From assembly GCA_963703285.1 (NCBI GenBank), contig OY969807.1, positions 2,144,001-2,208,000 on the forward strand: a stretch of DNA of 64,000 bases, written 5' to 3'. A program made the position numbers and the translations under genes. Below are positions 51,424-60,838 of this stretch, one piece after another. The stretch's first letter is position 1. The number at the start of each line of letters is the position of its first letter. The notes beneath the pieces were generated by a model. It was not told the origin of the DNA. It saw only the letters and a program-made list of their open reading frames with translations, and searched no databases. This DNA comes from an uncultured Nitrososphaerota archaeon. GTDB lineage: Archaea > Thermoproteota > Nitrososphaeria > Nitrososphaerales > Gagatemarchaeaceae.

Positions 51424-52485
51424 ATGGTCCGGGTCGGAGTCGTCGGAGCGTCGGGCTACGCTGGCGGAGAGCTCGTCAGGATCCTCCTCGGGCACGGTAA
51501 GGTGGACCTCGCCTTCGCGACCTCCAGGAAGAACGCCGGGGAGTACCTGTTCCGTGTCCATCCAAACCTCAGGGGGATTACGGAGATGCAGTTCATCGAC
51601 AACGACTTCTCGAAGATGACCGCGATGGCCGACGTCGTGCTTACGGCGCTGCCCCACGGCCAGTCTCTGGACCTCATCTCTCAGCTCGCGGCCTCGGGCC
51701 TCAAGGTCGTCGACCTGAGCGCCGACTTCCGGCTCAAGGATCCAGCTGCCTACGAGACCTGGTACGGCTTCAAGCACCCCAACCCCGACCTCCTCGCGAA
51801 GTTCGTCTACGCGGTCCCCGAGCTTAACGGGGAGGAGATCGCGAAGGCGAGCCTAGCCTCCTCGCCCGGGTGCATGGCGATAACCTCGATCCTGGCGATG
51901 GCCCCTCTCTTCAAGCAGCGCGAGCTCCGCGTCGACAGGGAGCACGTCGTCGTCGACGCCAAGATTGCCTCGTCAGGAGCTGGAGGGAAGCCTTCCCTCT
52001 CCACGCACTTCTCGGAGCGGTACGGCGTGGTGCGCCCCTACAAACCCGCAGGCCACCGACACACCGCGGAGATCGAGCAGGAGCTGTCGTGGTTGGGCGA
52101 GGGGAGGGTGACCGTGTCCATGTCTGCGCACGCGATCAACATGGTCAGGGGCATCCTCTCGACGTGCCATGTCTTCTACGAAGGGGAGGTACAGAACACC
52201 GCTATCTGGAAGATGTACCGCTCCCTCTATGGCGGCAAGCCGTTCGTGCGAGTCATCAAGGACAGGAAGGGACCGTTCCGGCTCCCCGACCCGAAGGTTG
52301 TCATAGGATCCAACTTCTGCGACGTCGGGTTCGAGCTCGACGAGCGCGGCCACAGGATCGTGGCCATCGGGGCGATTGACAACCTCCTGAAGGGGGCCGC
52401 AGGCAACGCCGTCCAGGTGATGAACCTGATGCTCGGCCTCGACGAGAGACAGGGGATCAGCGCCGCCCCCCTCCACCCCGTGTGA
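51424..52485 (+). CDS. lysY: LysW-aminoadipyl/glutamyl-phosphate reductase (LysY/ArgC)
   Basis: GASGYAG, DLSADFR, PGC, HRHTAEI, DNLLKGAAG. Confidence 0.9.
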   Translation: MVRVGVVGASGYAGGELVRILLGHGKVDLAFATSRKNAGEYLFRVHPNLRGITEMQFIDNDFSKMTAMADVVLTALPHGQSLDLISQLAASGLKVVDLSADFRLKDPAAYETWYGFKHPNPDLLAKFVYAVPELNGEEIAKASLASSPGCMAITSILAMAPLFKQRELRVDREHVVVDAKIASSGAGGKPSLSTHFSERYGVVRPYKPAGHRHTAEIEQELSWLGEGRVTVSMSAHAINMVRGILSTCHVFYEGEVQNTAIWKMYRSLYGGKPFVRVIKDRKGPFRLPDPKVVIGSNFCDVGFELDERGHRIVAIGAIDNLLKGAAGNAVQVMNLMLGLDERQGISAAPLHPV

Positions 52486-53299
52486 TTCGATTGAGGATCG
52501 TGATCAAGCTCGGGGGCGACATGGTGAAGGGCCAGTTCCCCGCGGGCCTGCTGGCGGACCTCAAGAAGCTCGGCCCGGCTCACCAGCTGATCCTCGTCCA
52601 CGGAGGAGGCGACGTCGTCACCGAGATTGCTACGAAGCTCGGGAAGGAGCAGAGGTTCGTCGTCTCTCCCGACGGCATCAGATCCCGCTACACCGACAGG
52701 GAGACGATGGACATCTTCACGATGGTCATGTGCGGCCTCATCGCCAAGAAGCTCGTGGAGACACTCTCGACCAACGGGATCAGGGCGGTCTCCCTCTCGG
52801 GGCTCGACGGGGGAATTCTCAGGGCCACGAGGAAGAAGAAGCTCCTCATAGTCGACGAGCGCGGGAGAAAGGTCGTGATAGACGGCGGCTACACCGGTAG
52901 GATGCAGTCTGCGGACGGGACCGTCCTGGACGCGCTGCTCGAGAGAGGGTTCGTCCCCCTCGTCTCGCCCATCGCGATGGGCGACGACTCCGAGCCTCTC
53001 AACGTGGACTCCGACAGGGCCGCCGCCTACGTCGCGATGGGGCGCGGGCGGACGCCGTACTCTTCCTCACCGACGTGAAGGGGCTGAAGCTCGACGGGAA
53101 CGTCGTCGGGAGCATGACGATAGACGAGGCCAGGATCTCGATGCCGAGGATAGGGTACGGGATGCAGAAGAAGATCCTGGCAGGAATCGAGGCGATGGAG
53201 GGTGGTGTGAATGAGGTGATAGTGGCCTCGGGGTTCGGTCCCTCTCCCCTCTCGGCGGCGATGGCTCACGAAGAGTGCACGGTGATTACTTCGAGATGA
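52482..53299 (+). CDS. lysZ: LysW-aminoadipate/glutamate kinase (LysZ/ArgB; apparent frameshift near 53040-53050)
   Basis: IKLGG, VHGGG, SRYTD, GGYTG, LNVDSD; LFLTDV and GMQKK in shifted frame. Confidence 0.88.
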
Positions 53300-54483
53300 A
53301 CACGATCGAGACGGAGGACCTCCACGGTCCGCAGACGTATCAGAAGTTCCCCGTTGTGATAGTCCGGGGTTCGGGGGCCGAGGTGTGGGACGACCACGGG
53401 AACCCCTACATCGACTGCATGGGAGGGTACGGGGTGGCGATCGTCGGCCACTGCAACCCCGACGTCGTGGAGGCCATACGAGCGCAGGCCGGGAAGCTCA
53501 TAACCTGCCACGCGTCCCTCTACAACGACGCCAGGGCGACGTTCCTCGAGAAGCTCGTCTCGTGCACCCCCAGGGGGCTCGACGCGGCCTTCCTCTCCAA
53601 CAGCGGGGCCGAGGCCAACGAGGTGGCCATAAAGCTCGCCAAGAAGTTCACAGGGAAGAGGGGGATAGTCGCAATGAAGGGCGCCTTCCACGGAAAGACC
53701 GCCGGCGCGCTCTCCGCCACGTGGTCGAAGAAGTACAAGGAGCCGTTCGAGCCCCTCCTCCAAGGGTTCAAGCACGTGGAGTTCGGGAACCTCGCCGAGC
53801 TCGAGGCCGCGATCGACCCCGAGACGGCGGGCGTGATGCTGGAGCCAATCCAGGGCGAAGGAGGGATCATCCTGCCTCCCCCCGACTACCTGAAGGGTGT
53901 CAGGGAGCTCTGCGACAGACGCGGGCTCCTGATGATCGCAGACGAGGTCCAGTCGGGCCTCGGTCGCACGGGCAAGATGTGGGCGGTCGAGAACTGGGGG
54001 GTCGTCCCCGACGTGCTTGTGGTCGCAAAGGGGCTCGCCGGGGGAGTCCCCATAGGAGCCACGGTTGCGAGGAGCGATATCCTGTGGTCGCTGAAGAAGG
54101 GGGAGCAGACCAGCACCTTCGGGGGGAACCCGCTCTCCTGCGCGGCGGGGACCGCGACGCTCGACTACATCATACGGAACGACCTCCCCGGCCAGGCTGC
54201 CTCCAAGGGGTCGCTCTTCTTGGACCGGCTCCGAGCGCTCGTGGGGAGACACAGGATCGGGAGGGAGGCGAGGGGCCTCGGGCTCATGCTGGCCCTGGAG
54301 ATGAGGGTGGACATCCAGAACATACTGATGCGGTCGCTCGAGGAACGCGTCCTCTTCACGTACTCCGGGAGGACCGTGGTCCGCCTGCTCCCGCCGCTCG
54401 TCATCTCCGAGCAGCAGATACTGCGCACTGTGGACGCCCTCGACAGGGTCATCTCGGCGGAGGAGGCGAAGCCAGCTGGATAG
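53296..54483 (+). CDS. lysJ: LysW-semialdehyde aminotransferase (LysJ/ArgD)
   Basis: NSGAEANE, FHGKT, EPIQGEGG, DEVQSGLGRTG, TFGGNPL. Confidence 0.9.
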   Translation: MNTIETEDLHGPQTYQKFPVVIVRGSGAEVWDDHGNPYIDCMGGYGVAIVGHCNPDVVEAIRAQAGKLITCHASLYNDARATFLEKLVSCTPRGLDAAFLSNSGAEANEVAIKLAKKFTGKRGIVAMKGAFHGKTAGALSATWSKKYKEPFEPLLQGFKHVEFGNLAELEAAIDPETAGVMLEPIQGEGGIILPPPDYLKGVRELCDRRGLLMIADEVQSGLGRTGKMWAVENWGVVPDVLVVAKGLAGGVPIGATVARSDILWSLKKGEQTSTFGGNPLSCAAGTATLDYIIRNDLPGQAASKGSLFLDRLRALVGRHRIGREARGLGLMLALEMRVDIQNILMRSLEERVLFTYSGRTVVRLLPPLVISEQQILRTVDALDRVISAEEAKPAG

Positions 54484-54889
54484 TATCGACGAGCGGATAC
54501 TGGAACTCCTCCGGGCCGACTCGCGCACTTCGTTCGTGAAAGTCGCCTCCAAGGTCGGCCTGTCCGAGGCGGCGGTCCGGCGCAGGATATCCATCCTTCT
54601 CAAGGATGGGACCATAAAGCGGTTCACAATCGAGGTCAACGAACCGGAGCTCACGAGCGCGATAACATACGTCTCCGTGAGCCCGTCGTACCCCACATCC
54701 GAGGTTAGCCGGAGCATAAGGACGGTCGCGGGGGTGGAGACTATCTACGAGACCACGGGGCAGTTCGACATTGCAGCCATAATCAGGGGACCGAACATCG
54801 CAGAGGTCAACAAGTCCGTCGAGGAGATCCGCAGGATAGGCGGGGTTCTCAACACCAACACCACAATAATACTCCGCACAATCCGCTGA
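54476..54889 (+). CDS. lysM: Lrp-family regulator LysM (probable CTG start)
   Basis: LDSIDERILELLRADSRTSF..VA..VGLSEAAVRRRI; YETTGQFD; position in lys cluster. Confidence 0.8.
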   Translation: MDSIDERILELLRADSRTSFVKVASKVGLSEAAVRRRISILLKDGTIKRFTIEVNEPELTSAITYVSVSPSYPTSEVSRSIRTVAGVETIYETTGQFDIAAIIRGPNIAEVNKSVEEIRRIGGVLNTNTTIILRTIR

Positions 54890-54927
54890 AGGGAGTCGAG
54901 TATCGTTAATAACGTCACGAAGAGACC

Positions 54928-54942
54928 ATCCGAATTGCGGTA
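54928..54942. promoter_or_regulatory. possible LysM/Lrp box upstream of lysX
   Basis: ATCCG-AATTG-CGGTA, 15-bp semi-palindrome with AT-rich core downstream of TTAATAAC. Confidence 0.3.
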
Positions 54943-54952
54943 GCCGCTAGAG

Positions 54953-55801
54953 ATGACATCGTTCACCCTCCTGTACGACGTGATACGCTGGGAAGAGAAG
55001 GCGATAGCGAACGCCGCTAAGCGGAAGGGCGTGGACCTCCATCTCGTCGACGCGCGCGAGCTAGCTCTGGACGTAACCGCCAAGTCTAGCGGGATTGCCG
55101 ACCACCTTATCCTCGAGAGGTGCGTCTCCCACTACAGGAACATCCACGCCACGGCGGCGCTCGAGTCGCTGGGGCACCGGGTCGTCAACTCGTTCCAGGC
55201 GGCCCAGATCTCCAGCGACAAGCTCTTCGGGAGCCTGGCGCTCGCCCGCGCCGGGATTCCTACGCCGCGGACATTCGTCGCCTTCACCCAGGAGGCCGCG
55301 CTGAGGTCGCTGGAGAAGCTCGGCTATCCCGCCGTCCTGAAGCCGGTGGTCGGCAGCTGGGGCAGGCTCTCAGCCCTGCTCAAGGACAGCGACTTCGCGA
55401 CCGCCATACTCGAGGACAGGGAGTACATGTACCCGATGTACCAGGTCTACTACCTCCAAGAGTTCGTGAAGCGCCCGCCCCGGGACATCAGGTCGTTCGT
55501 CGTCGGCGACAGGACGGTGGCCGCCATCTATCGCCTATCCTCGTCGGACTGGAGGACCAACACCGCGAGGGGAGGAAAGGCCCTGGACTGCCCGGTAACG
55601 CCGGAGCTGGACGAGCTCTCGCTCAGGTCCGCCAAGGCGGTCGGGGGCGAGATAGTGGGCGTCGACCTGATGGAATCCCCCGATGGCCCGGTGGTCCACG
55701 AAGTGAACAACACGACCGAATTCAAGAACACCGTGCCGGCGACCGGGGTAGACATCCCCGGACTCATCGTGGACTACCTCGTCTCGCTGGAGAAGAGATG
55801 A
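54953..55801 (+). CDS. lysX: alpha-aminoadipate--LysW ligase
   Basis: IRWEEK, GSWGRL, WRTNTA, EFKNT (LysX-type N signature). Confidence 0.85.
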   Translation: MTSFTLLYDVIRWEEKAIANAAKRKGVDLHLVDARELALDVTAKSSGIADHLILERCVSHYRNIHATAALESLGHRVVNSFQAAQISSDKLFGSLALARAGIPTPRTFVAFTQEAALRSLEKLGYPAVLKPVVGSWGRLSALLKDSDFATAILEDREYMYPMYQVYYLQEFVKRPPRDIRSFVVGDRTVAAIYRLSSSDWRTNTARGGKALDCPVTPELDELSLRSAKAVGGEIVGVDLMESPDGPVVHEVNNTTEFKNTVPATGVDIPGLIVDYLVSLEKR

Positions 55802-55805
55802 GCCC

Positions 55806-56894
55806 TTGGAGGACGAAGTCAGTCTCCTCCTCGACTCGCTGAGGATCTACTCGCCTTCGAGGAAGGAGTCTCGGCTCTCCGCCATGCTCCAATCGAGGAT
55901 GCGAGGCCGCGGCTTCAGGAACGTGCGGACGGACGGGGCCGGGAACGCGATAGGCGAGGTGGGGAGCGGGCGCCGTCACCTGCTGCTCTGCGGACACATG
56001 GACACTGTTCCGGGCATGATGAGCGTGCGCACCGAGGGCGAGAGGATCTACGGCCGGGGGGCCGCCGACGCCAAGTCGCCACTCTGCGCGATGATGTCCG
56101 CGGCCGCCTCTTGCAGGGACGCCCCCCTGAGGGTGACCATGGCCTGCGTGACGAGGGAGGAAGGCGACAGCCTCGGGGTGAACACGCTGATCGACGCCGG
56201 GGGTGACTACGACGCAGCGGTCTTCGGGGAGCCGGGAGGCGCTCACCGGGTGGCGGTCGGCTACAGGGGCCGGTTCGAGGGCGTGCTCCGCGTCGAGACG
56301 CGCGGAGGTCACGCCTCCTCGTCCTGGGCGCACGCGAGCGCCGTCGACGAGGCGCTGGAGGTCGTCTCCGCGATGCGTCAATACGAGAAGGGCAGGTCGC
56401 TCGAGGGGGACCACTACCGCTCGGTGAACGTCTCTGTCACCATGATTCGAGGCGGGAGTTACTCCAACGTCATCCCAAAGTCTTGCTCTGTGACGCTCGA
56501 CGTGAGGACCCCGCCAGGGACGGCGTCGGCCGAGGTCCAGTCCAGCCTTGCGGGAATCGTCGAGGCTCGCGCGAGGGAGCGACCCGACGTCGGTTTCGAC
56601 CTCAGGTTCTCCGAAGCCACCGAATCCTATGAGGCTCCCAAGGACTCCCTGATCGTCAGGGCGTTCCAGCGGTCGATCATCAAGAACCTCTCCACGAGGC
56701 CCGTCCTCTCCCACAAGACGGGGACCGGGGACATGAACACCCTCGCTCAGCGGATGAGAATCCCCTGCGTGACCTACGGGCCGGGCGACTCCAGACTCGA
56801 GCACACCGAAGGCGAATACGTCGAGGTTCACGACTACCTGAACTCGATTGCCGTCCTCAAGGGCGCGATCCTCGAGTTCGCCTCCATGAAGTGA
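55806..56894 (+). CDS. lysK: LysW-lysine/ornithine hydrolase (M20)
   Basis: GHMDTVPG, GRGAADAK, EE, GEP, TGTGDMN, YGPGD..H. Confidence 0.9.
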   Translation: MEDEVSLLLDSLRIYSPSRKESRLSAMLQSRMRGRGFRNVRTDGAGNAIGEVGSGRRHLLLCGHMDTVPGMMSVRTEGERIYGRGAADAKSPLCAMMSAAASCRDAPLRVTMACVTREEGDSLGVNTLIDAGGDYDAAVFGEPGGAHRVAVGYRGRFEGVLRVETRGGHASSSWAHASAVDEALEVVSAMRQYEKGRSLEGDHYRSVNVSVTMIRGGSYSNVIPKSCSVTLDVRTPPGTASAEVQSSLAGIVEARARERPDVGFDLRFSEATESYEAPKDSLIVRAFQRSIIKNLSTRPVLSHKTGTGDMNTLAQRMRIPCVTYGPGDSRLEHTEGEYVEVHDYLNSIAVLKGAILEFASMK

Positions 56895-56971
56895 TCGTCC
56901 GCGGTCGCGAACCGAGGAAAAGGAGATAGACGCCGCGCGACGGGGTCACGCTCACCCCGAGTCCCATACAG

Positions 56972-58327
56972 ATGAGCGGCAACGAACCCCCCATAGACAA
57001 CCACCGGCCCGGCCGGACCGCCTGGTCCCTCACGCTCCTGCCCCTGAACGCAGGCGTCCAGGGGTTCAGCACCATGGTCCCTCTCTACATCCTGAGCCTC
57101 GGCGGGTCCGTCGTCGACGTGGGGCTCATCACAACGCTGTACAACCTCGTGATAATACCGTCCTCGATCTTCTGGGGTAGGCTTACCGACAGGCTTGCAC
57201 GGAGGAAGCCGTTCTTCTTCGTCACCTGCGGCGGGTGCACCTTCATCTTCTTCCTCATGTACCTCTTCCCCCACCTCGGCTCCCTGGCTGTCCTCTACAC
57301 CTTGCTGGGCGTCGTCATAAGCGCGAACTCTGCTGCGACGAACCTGCTGGTCATGGAGACCTCCGAGAAGAAGCACTGGATGTCGTCCTTCTCAAGGCTC
57401 AACCTGATCGCCAGCGTCGGCTCGGTCATCGGCCTCGCTGTCGGGTCGTTGTGGACGACCGCGCTCCCGCTGAGGGAGTTCCTCCTCTTCTGCACGGCCG
57501 CCACAGCCTTCTCGATACTCCTTACGTACACGCGCATCTCCGAGCCCCCCGTCACCCTCGAGACCGCGCAACTCTCCGCGCACCCGTCGGGTTACCTGGC
57601 CAGGATATACTACGGGATGACCTCGGTCCTGAGCCATCTGGTCGTCTCCCCGCCCTCTCCGAAGGAGGTCCTTCGCTCTATCCGGGCGACGAAGGCCGGA
57701 GCGATGACCGGGCGCTCGCTGCTCTTCGTCTCGATGTTCCTCTTCATGATCGCGACCGCGCTCCTCAACACGTCGTTCGCCCCATTCCTCTCGGAATACG
57801 GGGTGATGTACAACGAGATTTTCGCTGTCTCCCTGATCAACATAACCCTCCAGATCGGGATATACAGGTGGGTCGGCGACATCATCCGCCGGTTCGGAGG
57901 GGTGCGCCTCGCATCCTACGTCGTGATGATTCGTGCCGCGCTCTACATGGTCTTCGCCGTCTCGGCCCTCGCCTTCCACGGCCTTCCCCTCTTCGTCATC
58001 GCCGCGGCGTTCTACGGCCTCATAGGCGTGGTCTACGCCATCTGGAACTCCGCGACCTCGGTTACGCTGATGTCCACCCTGGGGCAGGCGAGGCAGGGGA
58101 ACGTTCTGGGAGGCTACGCAGCCCTGGGTGCGCTCGGGACGGTCGTGGGTTCCCTATTCACGGGGTACATATCCTACTACCAGGGATACTCGACGACGTT
58201 CACGACAGCAGCCGCCGTCATGCTCGTCTCATTCTTCGTGCTCGAGGCGTCGCTGAAGGCGCTGGGCTACGCGACCAGACGTCCGAAGGGACCCGAGCCG
58301 CCCGGGGACGGGTCCGCTAGTCGATGA
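56972..58327 (+). CDS. MFS transporter
   Basis: About 12 TM segments; WGRLTDRLARRK motif A. Confidence 0.85.
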   Translation: MSGNEPPIDNHRPGRTAWSLTLLPLNAGVQGFSTMVPLYILSLGGSVVDVGLITTLYNLVIIPSSIFWGRLTDRLARRKPFFFVTCGGCTFIFFLMYLFPHLGSLAVLYTLLGVVISANSAATNLLVMETSEKKHWMSSFSRLNLIASVGSVIGLAVGSLWTTALPLREFLLFCTAATAFSILLTYTRISEPPVTLETAQLSAHPSGYLARIYYGMTSVLSHLVVSPPSPKEVLRSIRATKAGAMTGRSLLFVSMFLFMIATALLNTSFAPFLSEYGVMYNEIFAVSLINITLQIGIYRWVGDIIRRFGGVRLASYVVMIRAALYMVFAVSALAFHGLPLFVIAAAFYGLIGVVYAIWNSATSVTLMSTLGQARQGNVLGGYAALGALGTVVGSLFTGYISYYQGYSTTFTTAAAVMLVSFFVLEASLKALGYATRRPKGPEPPGDGSASR

Positions 58328-59537
58328 GCTTGTACTTCAGCCGCGCCTTGCCGAGGGCGGAGACGAGCGACTTCGTGTGCTCGATGTTCTGTGTCTCCAG
58401 GTTCAGCGTGACCTCGGCCCTTCCTATGGGGACGTCGCGGCCCGCCCTCTCGTGCTCCACGCTTATGACGTTCGCCCGCGTCTCCGCGACCACCGTGAGC
58501 ATGTCGCTCAGGGCTCTAGGCTTGTCAGAGAGGGTGATCCTCACCCTGAGGAGGCGGTGGGCATTCTCGAGACCCTTGGTGACTATCTGTTCGAGGATGT
58601 ACATGTCTATGTTCCCGCCGCTGACCACCACCCCGCACTTCTCACCCTTCGCCTTCACGAGGCCCGCCAGGCACGCCGCGACGCCGACAGCCCCAGCCGG
58701 CTCCGCGACCGTCTTCATCCTCTCCAGCATCAGGAACTCGGCCTCGGCGATCTTGCTGTCGCTGACGAGGACGAAGTCGTCCACGAGGTTCCGGATGAGC
58801 CTGTAGTCCAGCTTCCCCGGGTGCTTCACAGCTATGCCGTCGGCTATAGTCTCCTCCGCCTTGAACGGCACTATCCTCGCCGTCTTGAAGGCCATGTACA
58901 TCCCCGGGAACGCCTGGGACTGGACGCCCACTATCTTCGTCCTCGGGCTGATCGCCTTCGAGGCGACGGCAATCCCGGCGATGAGACCCCCTCCTCCCAC
59001 CGGGACGATCAGCGTCCCCAGGTCCGGCTGGACCTCGAGCATCTCGAGCCCCACCGTCCCCTGCCCCGCGATGACCTTGGGGTCGTCGAACGGATGGATG
59101 AACGTGCTCCCCTCCTTGGATGATATGCTCCTCGCCATCTCCACGGTCTCGTCGAAGGATGACCCGTAGAGGACCACCCTCGCCCCGTAGCCCTTCGTCG
59201 CGTCAATCTTCGCCGGCGACGCGCTCTCGGGCATGACTATCGTGGACTTCGTGTCGAGCAGCGTGGCTGCGTGGGCCACCCCCTGGGCGTGGTTCCCAGC
59301 CGAGGCTGCGATGACGCCCTTCCTTCTGTCCGATTCGGAGAGCGAGTAGATCTTGTTGTAGGCGCCCCTTAGCTTGAAGGACCCCGTCCTCTGGAGGTTC
59401 TCCATCTTGAGGTACAGGTCCATCCCCGAGAGGTCGCCCAGCGTCCTGGAGGTGTCCAGCGGTGTCTTCCTCGCCACCCCCGCCAGCACCGCCGCGGCCT
59501 CCTCCACGTCCTTCAGCGTAACTTCCTGCTCGGTCAA
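58317..59537 (-). CDS. ilvA: threonine ammonia-lyase with ACT domain
   Basis: ENLQRTGSFKLRGA, ASAGNHAQG, PVGGGGL, SGGN. Confidence 0.9.
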   Translation of the reverse strand: MTEQEVTLKDVEEAAAVLAGVARKTPLDTSRTLGDLSGMDLYLKMENLQRTGSFKLRGAYNKIYSLSESDRRKGVIAASAGNHAQGVAHAATLLDTKSTIVMPESASPAKIDATKGYGARVVLYGSSFDETVEMARSISSKEGSTFIHPFDDPKVIAGQGTVGLEMLEVQPDLGTLIVPVGGGGLIAGIAVASKAISPRTKIVGVQSQAFPGMYMAFKTARIVPFKAEETIADGIAVKHPGKLDYRLIRNLVDDFVLVSDSKIAEAEFLMLERMKTVAEPAGAVGVAACLAGLVKAKGEKCGVVVSGGNIDMYILEQIVTKGLENAHRLLRVRITLSDKPRALSDMLTVVAETRANVISVEHERAGRDVPIGRAEVTLNLETQNIEHTKSLVSALGKARLKYKLID

Positions 59538-60292
59538 ACTCTCCTTCCCTCGAAAGGATCTCCCAAGTTCCAGGCTGGGTCGAGGTACCTGGGCAGGACG
59601 GAATCCATCACGGTCCTCTCCCCTGGAGTGGGCGTACCGAGCTCAATCTCTCTCCCAATCTCGTCCTCCACGACGTGCCGCATCGAGGCGATAAATGCAT
59701 CTGACCTCATGCCCGTGTTCGCCATCGTCGCCACCCTCGACCTCGTGTACCTCCTTTGCAGCCGCACGTCCGCAGGGCTCGTGAGGCTCGCCGCCTCGGC
59801 GAGGTCGGCTTCGAGCAGCATGGTCCCGTGGCAGAGGAGGCCCGACCTGGAGATGTACGCGGCCATCCCGCTCACCTTCCCTCCCTCCGAGAGGATCCTG
59901 TTTGGCTCCTCGAACCAGGTCTCGACGTCGCAGGCCGCGGCCGCCTTGACGACGACGCGGGAGCACATCCTGAACACCTCGCGAGCGTCCCAGAGGTACC
60001 TTATGCCCCCGGCCGCGTACCCGCTCCCGATGAAGATTGACCAGTTGGTGTTCCCGGGACCGTTGTAGACAGCCCCGCCCGCCGTCATCCTCCTCACCAC
60101 GGGTATCCCCTCCCTCTCGCACCGTCCCAGGTCCGTCTCATGGGCCGCTAGCTGGGCCCGGCCGATTATCACGGACCTCTCGTTGCTCCACAGTCTCAAG
60201 ATCAACCCCCGGTTCTCCTTGAGCAGCGCCTCCTCGAGCGCAAGGTTGGCACGAGCGCCCGCCCCTCCATCCACTATCAGCCTTGGCTCCAA
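59534..60292 (-). CDS. lipoate-protein ligase A family catalytic subunit
   Basis: NLALEEA, VVRRMTAGGAVY, KVSGMA, HGTML. Confidence 0.85.
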   Translation of the reverse strand: MEPRLIVDGGAGARANLALEEALLKENRGLILRLWSNERSVIIGRAQLAAHETDLGRCEREGIPVVRRMTAGGAVYNGPGNTNWSIFIGSGYAAGGIRYLWDAREVFRMCSRVVVKAAAACDVETWFEEPNRILSEGGKVSGMAAYISRSGLLCHGTMLLEADLAEAASLTSPADVRLQRRYTRSRVATMANTGMRSDAFIASMRHVVEDEIGREIELGTPTPGERTVMDSVLPRYLDPAWNLGDPFEGRRV

Positions 60293-60351
60293 GCTACAAC
60301 TCCCTGCGGCGCGGCGCGTCTTTAAAGGCGATGTGGCAGCCCTCCCCTTGC

Positions 60352-60780
60352 TTGAGACACGACTACCGCTTCCTCCCGAACGTCGCCCTCGCCGACGTCG
60401 CGTTCCTCGCCAGGGGAGACTCGCCCGATACGCTTTTCGGGGCGTGCGCGGTGGCGCTCACCAGCGTGATGGTCGACCTGAGGAGCGTGCGGCCGGCGGT
60501 CGAGAGGGAGGTCAGCATCAGGGCGGGCGACCTCGACGGCCTCCTCTACGACTTCCTCACGGAGCTCATCGTGATGAAGGACGTAGAGTCGCTCCTCTTC
60601 AAGACCTTCGAGGTACGGGTCTCCCCCGACCTGCTCGGCCTCGTCTGCAGGATGAAGGGGGAGCGCATAGACCGAGTCAGGCACAGGCTCAGAAACGACG
60701 TCAAGGCGGTCACGATGCACATGTTCGGGGTGAGGCACGAGGAAGGGCGGTGGAAGGCCACAGTGGTCCTCGACATCTGA
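60352..60780 (+). CDS. archease
   Basis: YRFL...AD, LLYDFLTEL, GE.ID, VKAVTMH, VVLDI; upstream of rtcB. Confidence 0.92.
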   Translation: MRHDYRFLPNVALADVAFLARGDSPDTLFGACAVALTSVMVDLRSVRPAVEREVSIRAGDLDGLLYDFLTELIVMKDVESLLFKTFEVRVSPDLLGLVCRMKGERIDRVRHRLRNDVKAVTMHMFGVRHEEGRWKATVVLDI

Positions 60781-60838
60781 CAGCGGCAAAGACTTAAAGT
60801 CTGTCGCGAAGCGTGGCGAGCGAATCCGGTAGATCCTG

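Noticed and set aside
24110-53050. Single-base frameshifts in the aspartokinase-like gene (~24115), hel308 (~34563), mcm (~35279, ~35039), gins (~38948), carA (~45784) and lysZ (~53045) as recoding, introns or pseudogenes
   Set aside because: Each is fixed by one base, none has a BHB structure or canonical slippery heptamer, and several genes are essential; most likely sequencing/assembly indels
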